A stretch of 64,000 nucleotides of DNA from an uncultured Desulfosarcina sp. (GTDB lineage: Bacteria; Desulfobacterota; Desulfobacteria; Desulfobacterales; Desulfosarcinaceae). The notes below the pieces were generated by a model. That model searched no databases, was not told the origin of the DNA, and was given only the letters and a program-made list of their open reading frames with translations. Positions 1 to 9,844 of the stretch are shown piece by piece (within the stretch, counting starts at the first letter, position 1; each line of letters opens with the position of its first letter). The translations under genes were made by a program, and so were the position numbers. The DNA lies in contig CAXXWQ010000004.1 in the NCBI GenBank assembly GCA_963674945.2, positions 480,001 to 544,000 of the forward strand, given 5' to 3'.

Positions 1-2
1 CC

Positions 3-416
3 CATACAAAAGAAGCATTGCGCACTTCTTACCGATCCCATGGCAAGCTGATCCCCAATTCCCTCGATCGAATCAATTATATTCTGCGAGATCATCGGAC
101 CGGTGAAATCAGATCCATCGACGTCGCCCTGTTGGACCTTCTCCATGATATCGTCTGGAAAATCGATCCCTACGCTCCCATCCACATCATCTCCGGATAC
201 AGGTCTCCGCGCACAAATGAGGCCTTGAGAAGAGTAACCTCCGGTGTCGCCCGTAACAGTTTTCACTTGAAGGGAAGGGCCATTGATATTCGCATTCCTG
301 GGTGCAGGACACGCGAACTGCGGCAAATGGCAGTCGATTGTAACGTCGGAGGGGTCGGCTATTACGCCAAATCGGACTTCGTTCATTTGGATACCGGCCC
401 AATAAGGATTTGGTAG
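3..416 (+). CDS. YcbK/DUF882 family (peptidase M15A-type) murein endopeptidase, 5'-truncated by the window edge
   Basis: The frame is open from the window start (HTKEALRTSY...). It carries the YcbK motifs LRDHRTGE, IISGYRSPRTN, SFHLKGRAIDI and GVGYY..SDFVHLDTG. Confidence 0.85.
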   Translation, partial: HTKEALRTSYRSHGKLIPNSLDRINYILRDHRTGEIRSIDVALLDLLHDIVWKIDPYAPIHIISGYRSPRTNEALRRVTSGVARNSFHLKGRAIDIRIPGCRTRELRQMAVDCNVGGVGYYAKSDFVHLDTGPIRIW

Positions 417-541
417 CATCGCTTTTCTTCTTGTTCATGCAAGCTGTCTGTGTTCGATACAAAAAAGAAATGCTGCATCTTTTTGAAGATTCACGGCAAG
501 ACGATTTGAGATACATCATTATTTTCTGATATTCTGGCAGC

Positions 542-570
542 TTGACATTTATTTCATCTTCCATTATGTT
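542..570 (+). promoter_or_regulatory. Sigma70-type promoter upstream of the basic protein/cold-shock operon
   Basis: TTGACA (542-547), 17-nt spacer, TATGTT (565-570). Confidence 0.6.
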
Positions 571-832
571 TGTTCTCATAATGTGTGTTGCGGCGTCGGT
601 AGCGAACATACTCATCTGATGGCTTAGAACAAAGTCTGGTCCTTGTGCACTATTCTCAATCCGGCAACGCCCACGAAACCAAGAGCCTGGTACCTTATAT
701 TTAGAATTTGACCGAGACAATGCTTCCGAAAGGATCCATCGGTGAACCGCTTAACCGGGCGGCGTCTCGTTTTCTAATATACTTGGGAAATTGTAGGCCA
801 TCACAAACCTTTTGACATGGAGGACTCAGATT

Positions 833-1183
833 ATGAAAAAAGCTACGAAAGATCTGAAGACAATTGCCAATCAGCTCACCAAACTGGCAGCGAAGATGGA
901 GAGCATGGCGGCGGCAATGGGAGATAAGCCGGCTCCGAAGACTGCCAAGAAACGGGCGGGTCGAGTGGCGAAGAAAAAAGCCGCGCCGAAAGGCAGATCC
1001 CTTACGCCCACCGATCAGGTGCTCACCATTATGAAGCGCTATAAGAAGGGACTCACCGTAGGAGACCTGCGTGGGAAATCGGGTTTCTCCGAGAAACAGA
1101 TCAGTAATATCGTCCATCGTGCCTGTAAAAAAGGAAAAATGAAACGCGTGGGCCGTGGTGTTTACTCGGTGGTCGGTCTTTAG
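833..1183 (+). CDS. Small basic putative nucleoid-associated/DNA-binding protein (N-terminal coiled coil, Lys/Ala linker, C-terminal winged helix)
   Basis: GGAGGA Shine-Dalgarno before ATG 833. Lys/Ala-rich linker PAPKTAKKRAGRVAKKKAAPK. The C-terminus TDQVLTIMKRYKKGLTVGDLRGKSGFSEKQISNIVHRACKKGKMKRVGRGVY has a wHTH pattern. Confidence 0.7.
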   Translation: MKKATKDLKTIANQLTKLAAKMESMAAAMGDKPAPKTAKKRAGRVAKKKAAPKGRSLTPTDQVLTIMKRYKKGLTVGDLRGKSGFSEKQISNIVHRACKKGKMKRVGRGVYSVVGL

Positions 1184-1239
1184 TCTGATTCGGCGAGATT
1201 TCATCCATTGTGCGAGAACCGGTCAAGGAGATTGTAGAA

Positions 1240-1443
1240 ATGGCGAACGGCGTTGTGAAATGGTTCAATGACAAGAAAGGATTTGGGTTTATCGAACAGG
1301 AGGATGGGCAAGGAGACATCTTCGTACACTTTTCTTCCATCAAGGCAGAGGGATTCAAAAGCCTCTCCGAAGGAGACCGCGTCACCTTCGACATAGAAGA
1401 AACCGACCGTGGTCCTGCAGCCGCCAACGTTATAAAGGTGTAA
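1240..1443 (+). CDS. csp: Cold-shock protein (CspA family)
   Basis: [18 protein letters not shown]...DIFVHFSSI (RNP1/RNP2 motifs); AAGGAG SD before ATG 1240. Confidence 0.97.
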   Translation: MANGVVKWFNDKKGFGFIEQEDGQGDIFVHFSSIKAEGFKSLSEGDRVTFDIEETDRGPAAANVIKV

Positions 1444-1468
1444 GTGGAAAGCGATTTGGCTTTTACGA

Positions 1469-1507
1469 CCAAAACGGCATCCTAAAGAAAATAGGATGCC
1501 GTTTTGG
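1469..1507. terminator. Bidirectional intrinsic terminator between the convergent csp and gdhA genes
   Basis: Perfect 16-bp inverted repeat CCAAAACGGCATCCTA / TAGGATGCCGTTTTGG with a 7-nt loop. Confidence 0.85.
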
Positions 1508-1577
1508 CGTTATACATCCTAGCAGAGAAAAGCGAACAGCGAATCGCCAAATGCGAACCGCTTGCCTGGGGTATGCC

Positions 1578-2927
1578 CTATACGACACCCTGGTCGATCA
1601 TGGCATCCACCACCTTGACAAAACCGGCGATGTTGGCGCCGTCCATGTAATTTCCCGTTGTCCCATATTGCCGGGCCGCATCCAGACAGGTCTGATGGAT
1701 ACTCTTCATGATCATCTGCAGCCGTTTGTCCACCTCCTCCCGGGTCCAGGAGAGTCGCATGCTGTTTTGGGTCATCTCCAATCCCGATACCGACACACCT
1801 CCCGCGTTTGCGGCTTTTCCCGGTCCGTACAATATCTTGCTATCGACGAAGATGTCGATGCCTCCCGGTACGGTGGGCATGTTGGCTCCCTCGCAGACCA
1901 GATAAACCCCGTTGCTGACCAGATTTTGTGCATCCTTTTCGTTGATCTCGTTTTGCGTGGCCGATGGGAAGGCGCAGTGGGCCTTGTGATTCCAGAGCGG
2001 ATTGAAATCCTTACTTGGATCCACTTCCTGGTAGACCGCGGCCGGGTACTTCTCGACATATTCTTTTACCCTTCCTCGCCGCACATTCTTCAAATTCTTC
2101 AGATAGGCCAGTTTCTCCCGGTCGATTCCCGATTCATCGAAAATATATCCCGATGAATCGCTACAGGTCACTGGCTTTGCCTTTAGGTCCAGCAGTTTCT
2201 CTAACGTATACTGCGCGACGTTTCCGGAACCCGAAACCAGACAAATCTTGTTCTCCAGGGTCTCGTCTCGCGTCGCCAGCATTTCCGCGGCAAAGTAGAC
2301 CGACCCGTATCCCGTTGCTTCGGGCCGGATCAGGCTTCCTCCCCAGTTAAGGCTCTTTCCCGTGAGCACACCGGTAAACTCGTTTTTCAATCGTTTGTAC
2401 ATACCAAACAGATAGCCGATTTCTCTGGCACCGACGCCGATATCACCGGCGGGGATATCCGTATTGGGTCCGATGTGGCGATACAGTTCAATCATAAAAC
2501 TCTGGCAGAACCGCATTACTTCCAGATCGGATTTCCCCTTTGGATCGAAGTCGGAACCGCCCTTTCCACCGCCCATGGGCAACGTCGTCAGGGCGTTTTT
2601 AAAAACCTGCTCGAAAGCCAGGAACTTTAAAATACTCAGGTTCACCGAAGGATGAAAGCGCAGGCCTCCCTTATAGGGTCCGATGGCGCTGTTCATTTCG
2701 ATCCGAAAACCGCGGTTGACCTGAACCTGCCCTTGATCGTCCACCCAGGGCACCCGAAAGATGATCACCCGTTCCGGCTCCACCAGCCGCTCGAGTATTT
2801 TCGCGGCACGGTACTCCGGATTCTGATCCAAAACCGGCTTGATGGATGCCACGACTTCCATGACCGCCTGGTGAAATTCCCGCTCTTGTGGATCCCTGTC
2901 CTTGATCCGTTGAAGAATGTCTGCCAT
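1578..2927 (-). CDS. gdhA: NADP-specific glutamate dehydrogenase
   Basis: GPYKGGLRFHPSVN, LPMGGGKGGSDFDPKGKS, PAGDIGVGAREIG, RPEATGYG and GKAANAGGV motifs; 449 aa. Confidence 0.97.
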   Translation of the reverse strand: MADILQRIKDRDPQEREFHQAVMEVVASIKPVLDQNPEYRAAKILERLVEPERVIIFRVPWVDDQGQVQVNRGFRIEMNSAIGPYKGGLRFHPSVNLSILKFLAFEQVFKNALTTLPMGGGKGGSDFDPKGKSDLEVMRFCQSFMIELYRHIGPNTDIPAGDIGVGAREIGYLFGMYKRLKNEFTGVLTGKSLNWGGSLIRPEATGYGSVYFAAEMLATRDETLENKICLVSGSGNVAQYTLEKLLDLKAKPVTCSDSSGYIFDESGIDREKLAYLKNLKNVRRGRVKEYVEKYPAAVYQEVDPSKDFNPLWNHKAHCAFPSATQNEINEKDAQNLVSNGVYLVCEGANMPTVPGGIDIFVDSKILYGPGKAANAGGVSVSGLEMTQNSMRLSWTREEVDKRLQMIMKSIHQTCLDAARQYGTTGNYMDGANIAGFVKVVDAMIDQGVV

Positions 2928-5900
2928 CAGTTATCCTCCTGTTTATCATCATGGTTAAAGTGGTCCGACTTCAACTTACCTTTCAAGATCACACAGACAG
3001 ACCGCCTGCCATCCACCTTGAGGGTCAAGGGTTCTTCGAGTCGAACATGGGCAACATAGGTCGAATCGTTTTTCCGTGGCAGGCGGTCCAGCCACTCCCA
3101 GTCGAGTTTGCCTCCCTCGGCCTTGAAAACGGTAATATAATGAATTCCCAACGTGGTGATGTTGTGGAAGAAATGAGATCCTTGGGATGGTTCGGCGTTG
3201 ATATGATCCGACTCCGTTTCGATAATCGCACCGACGCCTGAAATATCCGCCCAGGAGACGGGAATTCCCAACCAGCGATCCGCCGATCCCCATCTCCCCG
3301 GTCCCACAAGCAAGTACTTCCGATTCTCCCTGACCAACTGGCTGTTGAATTTTGCAATTTGTCCTGCAATCCCGACAGATTTTGATGGATCGAATTGGTC
3401 GGGCTTGACAAAGACGATATCGGCCATTTCCCGGTTGTTGACGTTTCCCAGTGCCCTTTCCGAGAAGCAAAAGGCATCTTCTTTGTCCGACTCTTGAATG
3501 TTCACCTGCTCCAATTCCGCCCTTGCAGTCATTGGTCGCAGTTGAAGAACCGCGAATTGGGAATCGGAACCGCTTTTTTCGGCCAGATTGACAGAGAACT
3601 CCATTTCAACGGGACAGCCCATTCCCCATTCCCCCAGTTCCAATAGATCTCGAATGATGCCGGGCATTGGGATTTCCCCGTATTTTACGATACGGGCAAA
3701 CGTTAAAATCCGCGGACCGTCAATGTGTACGGTATCTCGGATACGATGCTCCTCCGGGATATATGTACTGGCAAGAAAACGGCAGGGAGGCTCCTCCTGT
3801 GCATCGGCCACCTCCCTCTTCCACAAATTTGCACGGTCATCGGTTTCCAATGGTTGGCACGAGCCATCCATTTTCAGGCAATAGAATTTGCGCTGGGCAT
3901 TTTCAAGAATATCTTCCACTGTCGATCTTTGGGGGAGCAACTGTGGGTGAACCGGTGAAAACCGGAGGGTCTTCTCACCTTCGACGACGGCTTTCCCGAG
4001 CCCCATGGCAATCGTTACGATCCCCTCCGTGGGTTTCATTCGTGCAAAGGGATAATAATTGTAGGACTGGGCGACGCCGGAAACGGCGGGATAGAAACTG
4101 TTATCCTGTCTCGTCCCCACAAGTTGCTGAATCATCACCGCCATCTGCTCCTCTTCTGTCCTGTGGCCAACCCGCCTGGAAAAGGACTTGGGCCCCCTAT
4201 AGTAAGTCGATGCGTAGACCAGTTTAATGGCTTTGATGAGGTGATCAAGACGGCAATCGGACGCTGTAGCGTCGTTTGGAATCATATAGGTCCGATAGAG
4301 GCCGGCATATGCTTTGAACTGGGCGTCCTCTAACAGACTGGATGACCGGACGGCGAGCGGATATGTCACGTGTGCCAGATACGCTTCCAGTTTCTCTTCG
4401 ATCCAGGCAGGAATCTTGCCACATACGAATCGTTCGGCGACCTTCTCATCGGGGAGATCCGTGTTGGCCAGGTATCGCAGCCGGTTTTCTTCAACAAAAC
4501 TTTCAAACCCGTCTGTAGTGATCACCAGGGTCTGTGGGATCATGATGCGAACGCCTTCGTATTTATCTTCCAATTGCCGGTGCTGGCGTAATAGGGAGGC
4601 AACAAAGGCCAGTCCCCTCGCCTTTCCACCCAATGAACCTTTTCCGATCTTAAAATACGCGGTGTCGAAATCGGCGTCGGATGCTTCGAAATCGGCGACA
4701 ATTCCCTGCTGTCGACGCTTTCGACGCGCTGCAATGACTTCGATCAGATGACGCCGGTGATGTGCGCTATTGGCGAAATCATTTTCTGCCATGGGCCTCA
4801 ATTCGGCGGCCAGGGCAAATTCCGTACGGGCGAACAACCATCGTGAGAAATCGTTGCGATTGCAATGACGGTGAAAGGAGGCTTCGGGTATCGTACGCAG
4901 CCCATGTTCCAATGCCTTCAAATTGGAGGCGCGGCCGATTTCAGAGCCATCGGGATTTCGAAAGACGAAGTCTCCGAACCCCAGTTCCTCTGTAATGAAT
5001 CGGCGCACATCCCGAACGAGGGTGTCGGAATTCTTGTCAACAAATGCCGCGGGGATAGCCATCGCCTCTCGGGCATTTTCCGGCTCCGAACTGGTAAGGA
5101 GAAGCGGAATATCCGATCGCCGACTTCGTACGGTGTCGAGAAAATCCACACCGGCCCTATGGTTCAAGGCGCCTTCTCGATAAAACCGGACGTCACAGAT
5201 AACGCCGAGAACATAGGATTCGTAGCGCTCATATATTTTTACTGCCTCCTCGTAATCTCCGGCAATCAAAATTTTGGGACGCGCCCGCATGGTCAGGAGT
5301 CGATGCTCTTCGTTGAGGGTTCCCTCCATGACCGCCTGGGTCTGAACGACCAATTCCCGGTATACAATGGGCAGCAGAGAAGAGAGGTAATAGGGAGAGT
5401 CCTCCACCAAAAGGATGATACGCGTCCCGGCGGACTTTGTATCCGCTTCCACGTTCATCCGATCCTCCACGCTTTTGATCAATGCCACCAGTATGTCTGT
5501 GTTGCCAGACCACACGAAATTGCAATCAATCCCGGGGACTTTGGCAGAGATATCCATGTCGGGCGAAGGAATGACATCATGGGATAGCAGGAGGACCGGC
5601 AACGAAGGGGATCTTGCCTTGATTCGAAGCCACAGGTCGGGACTTTTCGAATCGGACGGTCTTGGCATGGCAATGACCATGTCGAAATGTTCGCGATCCA
5701 TGGCATCAAAGGCCTGCTGCCCTGTGGCGACCCATGTCAGTCTCGGCGGTCGGCTCAGATTGAGGCCCCGATATTCATTTACGATGCGTTCGGACAGCCG
5801 GCAGTCTTCTTCCATAACCCAGGCATCATAAGGTGTGGAGATCAGGAGGATGTGATTTACCTTACGGGCCATCAACTCGTGGAATCGCTTGAATCGGGAA

Positions 5901-5938
5901 TCGGATTCTGTAAAAAAAGGGTGAGTGTCCCATGCCAT
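2927..5938 (-). CDS. Receiver-domain / PEP-pyruvate-binding (PPDK_N, ATP-grasp) fusion protein
   Basis: N-terminal REC-like segments (HILLIS..., IILLVEDS). PPDK_N motifs GSLGGKARGL, PLAVRSSSLLED and GLGKAVVEG. C-terminal SQGSHFFHNIT. Its stop overlaps the gdhA start (TGATG). Confidence 0.85.
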   Translation of the reverse strand: MAWDTHPFFTESDSRFKRFHELMARKVNHILLISTPYDAWVMEEDCRLSERIVNEYRGLNLSRPPRLTWVATGQQAFDAMDREHFDMVIAMPRPSDSKSPDLWLRIKARSPSLPVLLLSHDVIPSPDMDISAKVPGIDCNFVWSGNTDILVALIKSVEDRMNVEADTKSAGTRIILLVEDSPYYLSSLLPIVYRELVVQTQAVMEGTLNEEHRLLTMRARPKILIAGDYEEAVKIYERYESYVLGVICDVRFYREGALNHRAGVDFLDTVRSRRSDIPLLLTSSEPENAREAMAIPAAFVDKNSDTLVRDVRRFITEELGFGDFVFRNPDGSEIGRASNLKALEHGLRTIPEASFHRHCNRNDFSRWLFARTEFALAAELRPMAENDFANSAHHRRHLIEVIAARRKRRQQGIVADFEASDADFDTAYFKIGKGSLGGKARGLAFVASLLRQHRQLEDKYEGVRIMIPQTLVITTDGFESFVEENRLRYLANTDLPDEKVAERFVCGKIPAWIEEKLEAYLAHVTYPLAVRSSSLLEDAQFKAYAGLYRTYMIPNDATASDCRLDHLIKAIKLVYASTYYRGPKSFSRRVGHRTEEEQMAVMIQQLVGTRQDNSFYPAVSGVAQSYNYYPFARMKPTEGIVTIAMGLGKAVVEGEKTLRFSPVHPQLLPQRSTVEDILENAQRKFYCLKMDGSCQPLETDDRANLWKREVADAQEEPPCRFLASTYIPEEHRIRDTVHIDGPRILTFARIVKYGEIPMPGIIRDLLELGEWGMGCPVEMEFSVNLAEKSGSDSQFAVLQLRPMTARAELEQVNIQESDKEDAFCFSERALGNVNNREMADIVFVKPDQFDPSKSVGIAGQIAKFNSQLVRENRKYLLVGPGRWGSADRWLGIPVSWADISGVGAIIETESDHINAEPSQGSHFFHNITTLGIHYITVFKAEGGKLDWEWLDRLPRKNDSTYVAHVRLEEPLTLKVDGRRSVCVILKGKLKSDHFNHDDKQEDN

Positions 5939-6146
5939 GGGTGCGTCAACCTCCCATCGGATGAGCGGGTCACAGGTGCGGTGGAAACTTTTTTTCGTTG
6001 AGGACGATCACGGTCCGACAGACGGGTCCGTCAATCGCTTCTATCTGTTGCGTATCCTATCAGAATTCACGATGAAAGGAAACCATTGCTCTCGAACCAC
6101 ATAGCAGGTGAAGTACGTTGGGATCTTACTTGTCGAATGGGGACAG

Positions 6147-6216
6147 CGAGGGACGATAGAAGAGGGATGAAAAGGTACGTTCTGTATCGTCCCTCGTCCT
6201 TCATTCTTCGTCCCTC
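6147..6216. repeat. Short inverted/iterated repeat element (GAGGGACGA / TCGTCCCTC)
   Basis: CGAGGGACGATA (6147-6158) is the exact reverse complement of TATCGTCCCTCG (6185-6196). A second GAGGGATGAA / TTCGTCCCTC pair also occurs. Confidence 0.55.
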
Positions 6217-6321
6217 ATTTTCAAACCCACTATACCATCGTGATTAAAATAGGCGATAATTAAAAACAAAAAGATCTAATGGGGTCACTCAGATGGACCA
6301 GGTTATTGTTTCGGCAGACGT

Positions 6322-9228
6322 TCATCGGGAGCGGGAGAGAAAGCGGGTGAGTTCATCTTTTACTATTTCGAACGCATTTTCGATAGTATCGATCATTTTC
6401 TCATAATTCTGGCGCTCACCGGGCGTAAGCGGTTGGAGTTCCTTGTGGGTCTCTTCTTCAAGAGCCAGGCATGCCTTTGAAAATCGGGTGGCCCCGAGCA
6501 TACCACCGTTTGACTTGAGACTGTGGGCGATCCGGTGCACGGTCTCGGTATCGTTTTGACACAACGCATCCCGGAGCAATTGAATCTGCTGGGGAACCCG
6601 ATCGAAGAATTTATTGATCATCGACGGCAAAAAATCCTTTTTCCCGACGGCATCGAAAACCTTGTACTGCTCCAGCACCGATTCCTCCAGCACAGCATCC
6701 GTATCTCCAATGAATCTCTCTTCGGTGGATACACCATCGGGTTTGGACGGTGCCACAGTCTCATCATCATCGCTTCCAAGATACTTTTCCAGGATCACCT
6801 TGAGTTGATCGACGGTGAAGGGTTTGCTGAGATAGTCGTTCATCCCGGCGGCCTTGCATCGGTTTTCATCCCCACGCATGGCATGGGCGGTCAGTGCGAC
6901 GATGGGGATGCCTTTTTTGTGACCATCTCCATGAGCCTCCAATTGTCGGATCTTCTCAGTGGCTTCATATCCGTCCATCTCCGGCATCTGGCAATCCATG
7001 AAGATCAGGTCATACGCCCTTTCTTGGATGGCTGTCAGGGCATCTTTTCCGTTGTGGGCGAAGTCGGCCTTGCAGCCCAAGATCTCAAGTGCCGATTGGG
7101 CAAATTCACGGTTGATTTCATTGTCCTCGACCAGAAGAATGCGTGCATCGGTTTTAATTCTCGAAGGTACATCGACCGATGGTTTCCGATCCAATGAGAT
7201 CGTCGTCTGTTTCTTTTCCACGATGGAAAGCAGACAATTCAACATGGAAGATGCGCGGATGGGCTTGTTCAGCTCGGAATCGAAAGGCATGTCCTGTTCT
7301 TGATGATCATTGGTGACGCCCACGGAAGTAAGACCCACAAGACAAGTGGCGGCCAGATCCGGTTCGGACCGAATTTGTCTTGCCAGCGCAAAGCCATTCA
7401 TTGTCGGCATTACCTCGTCGATCAACGCAATATCAAATGGTCCGTTCTCCTTTCTTGCCGACCGGAGAATGGCCAAGGCCTCTTTTCCTGTCTCTGCCAC
7501 GACCAGATTTACCTTCCAGAGAGATAGATAGTAAGAGATGATCTCACGACTGGACCGGTTATCCTCGACGAGCAGAATCTTCGTTCCGGACAGACATCCA
7601 CGCCATGGATCGTCTGGACGTTTCAATTCACCGGCAATTTCCAGCTCCAGTGAAAAGGAAAAGGTGGAACCCTTTCCATAAACGCTCTCGACAACGAGTC
7701 CTGCTCCCATCATGCTGGCCAACTGGCGGGTAATGGCCAAACCCAAACCGGTTCCCCCATGCTTGCGGGACATGGATTCGTCGACCTGGGAAAAGGGATC
7801 GAAGATCGCGTCCAATTTATCTTTTGGGATGCCGATGCCGGTGTCCGTAACTTCCATTCGCAAAATACATTTGCCATCGGCAATGGTCTTGACCCAAAGC
7901 CGGAAGACCACCTCTCCATCGAATGTGAATTTGACCGCATTGCCCATCAGGTTGATGAGGATCTGGCGGATGCGATCCGGATCTCCCCACACCGCGACAG
8001 GAACGTTCGGATCGACGAAGCATGCCAGCTCCAGTCCCTTGGCATGGGCAGTCGTGGAAAACATTTCCATGGTCTCTTCTACCAGTGATCGCAAATTCAC
8101 CTTGACCTTTGCCAAAGTGAGGGCCTTGGCCTCGATCTTGGAGAAGTCCAGGATGTCGTTGATGAGGCCCAGAAGGGATTTTCCCGATTGCTGAACCGTT
8201 TCGGCCAAATGACGCTGACGCTCGGAAAGTTCCGTGGCCATGAGCAGTTCCGTCATTCCCAGCACACCGTTCATGGGTGTCCGGATCTCGTGGCTCATGT
8301 TGGCCAAAAATTGGGATTTGGCGCGGTTGGCTGCCTCGGCATCGTCCTTGGCTTTGGAAAGCATCGATATCGTCTCTTCCAGTTCACGGTTGGCACGGGT
8401 CAGATCGGCAGTTCGGCTGTCCACCTCTCCCTGAAGATTGATACGATGATCTTCCAGCTCGCGGTCGCGATCGGCAATCTGCTCCAGCATGTTGTTGAAA
8501 CCATCGTAAAGCTCACCCAATTCGTCTCTGGAAAATTTATCGACCCGCAGAGCGTAGTCCTTTTGATCGCCAACCGTTTTCATGGAACGCGAAAGGTGCA
8601 GAATCGGGGCGGTGATGATGCCCTGGAACCGCTTGGCGAGTAAAAAGGAAAACCCACATGCCGCCAGTAAAAAAATCGCCGTGATGATCAGCTGCTCGGT
8701 GAAACTCTTTTCGAGTTGCCGATAGTCACTTCGAATCCATATGCGGCCAATCCGTTCCCCATCGAATCGAATCTCTTCGACGACGTCAAGGTAGTCATCG
8801 ACATAGGGGATGCCTTCGGTAATCTCGGAGAAAAACGTGTCGAGTTCCCCGGAGGTCGATTTTTGGGGAAAGGACGGAAACGAAGACGCACCGGCACCCT
8901 TTCCCTCCCTTCGATAACAGGCGAACGGTGAATCTTGGGCTCCATAGACGCATGCAAACAATACGGACTCGGCGGTGTTGAGTCCACCCAGGGCGTCTTT
9001 GGCGGATTGGGCATCGTTGAACACAAGGGACGCCTCGCAGTTGGTGCCCATCACCTTGGCCAATGTGGAAATCTCGGCCCGGACGACTTTCCTTCCGTGG
9101 TACACCTGATATACCATGAATCCCAGGACCGTCATAATCAGCACCACTGTGGTGACCGTGACCATGATCAGAGTCAGTTTTCGCGTAATGGGATAATCAC
9201 GCAGCGGTATATGGAATATGCTTCTCAT
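6322..9228 (-). CDS. Hybrid sensor histidine kinase (periplasmic CHASE8-like sensor, HAMP, HisKA, HATPase, 2x REC, HPt)
   Basis: Two TM segments; [34 protein letters not shown]; two receiver domains (ILLVEDN...); HPt motif AHSLKSNG. Confidence 0.93.
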   Translation of the reverse strand: MRSIFHIPLRDYPITRKLTLIMVTVTTVVLIMTVLGFMVYQVYHGRKVVRAEISTLAKVMGTNCEASLVFNDAQSAKDALGGLNTAESVLFACVYGAQDSPFACYRREGKGAGASSFPSFPQKSTSGELDTFFSEITEGIPYVDDYLDVVEEIRFDGERIGRIWIRSDYRQLEKSFTEQLIITAIFLLAACGFSFLLAKRFQGIITAPILHLSRSMKTVGDQKDYALRVDKFSRDELGELYDGFNNMLEQIADRDRELEDHRINLQGEVDSRTADLTRANRELEETISMLSKAKDDAEAANRAKSQFLANMSHEIRTPMNGVLGMTELLMATELSERQRHLAETVQQSGKSLLGLINDILDFSKIEAKALTLAKVKVNLRSLVEETMEMFSTTAHAKGLELACFVDPNVPVAVWGDPDRIRQILINLMGNAVKFTFDGEVVFRLWVKTIADGKCILRMEVTDTGIGIPKDKLDAIFDPFSQVDESMSRKHGGTGLGLAITRQLASMMGAGLVVESVYGKGSTFSFSLELEIAGELKRPDDPWRGCLSGTKILLVEDNRSSREIISYYLSLWKVNLVVAETGKEALAILRSARKENGPFDIALIDEVMPTMNGFALARQIRSEPDLAATCLVGLTSVGVTNDHQEQDMPFDSELNKPIRASSMLNCLLSIVEKKQTTISLDRKPSVDVPSRIKTDARILLVEDNEINREFAQSALEILGCKADFAHNGKDALTAIQERAYDLIFMDCQMPEMDGYEATEKIRQLEAHGDGHKKGIPIVALTAHAMRGDENRCKAAGMNDYLSKPFTVDQLKVILEKYLGSDDDETVAPSKPDGVSTEERFIGDTDAVLEESVLEQYKVFDAVGKKDFLPSMINKFFDRVPQQIQLLRDALCQNDTETVHRIAHSLKSNGGMLGATRFSKACLALEEETHKELQPLTPGERQNYEKMIDTIENAFEIVKDELTRFLSRSR

Positions 9229-9231
9229 GGT

Positions 9232-9792
9232 TTATTCAATAACAAATGTGGCCAGTTTCAACAACTGGGCACGGATAACAATGGATTTGTCAGACGCCGC
9301 GTTCCGGTTGATGGCAAACCGCATCTTGTTTCCCACTTTGATCAACTCGATCATGCCGCCCAACCTGGCAAAACCCGACATATCACTCACCGTTAAGACG
9401 GGATGTCCCTTTGCCGATGCCAAAACCGCCTTTACGTCGTCCAGCTCAGCATGCAAGACATAGAGCAGTTGACAATCGGCAATCTCCTTAAAATTGGTGA
9501 TGTAACGCACGATGATCGTTCGGCCGGCCACCTGTTTTCCGTCAATGGAGGCTATTGCCCGGCCTACGTGGTCGGCCACGTCTTCGGCGGCGTATATTCC
9601 GATGATCAGCTCTTTCGAATCGCATTGGTCCGTCCGGCAGGGCGGCCACTCCACAAATTTCGTGAAGTTATACACGAACGCCGCCTTAACCAGATACTCA
9701 TTCAAGGGGTCATCGGCGGATGCTTTCGGTACCACTCCGATAAAAAGGAGCAGCATCAAGAAAATCGTAATTTTATGACAAAAACGATGCAT
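9232..9792 (-). CDS. YfiR/DUF4154 family periplasmic protein
   Basis: Signal peptide, EYLVKAAFVYNFTKFVEWP, CQLLYV, PVLTVSD..GF...GGMIEL and LLKLA, which is the YfiR family pattern. Confidence 0.9.
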   Translation of the reverse strand: MHRFCHKITIFLMLLLFIGVVPKASADDPLNEYLVKAAFVYNFTKFVEWPPCRTDQCDSKELIIGIYAAEDVADHVGRAIASIDGKQVAGRTIIVRYITNFKEIADCQLLYVLHAELDDVKAVLASAKGHPVLTVSDMSGFARLGGMIELIKVGNKMRFAINRNAASDKSIVIRAQLLKLATFVIE

Positions 9793-9844
9793 GTACGAAA
9801 GCGTTCCTAAAATCGTTCGTTTACGCGTGACGGTATCACCACGG

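Noticed and set aside
2927..5938. Calling this gene ppsA or ppdK
   Set aside because: It lacks the C-terminal PEP/pyruvate barrel and the canonical phospho-His motif, so no gene symbol was assigned.
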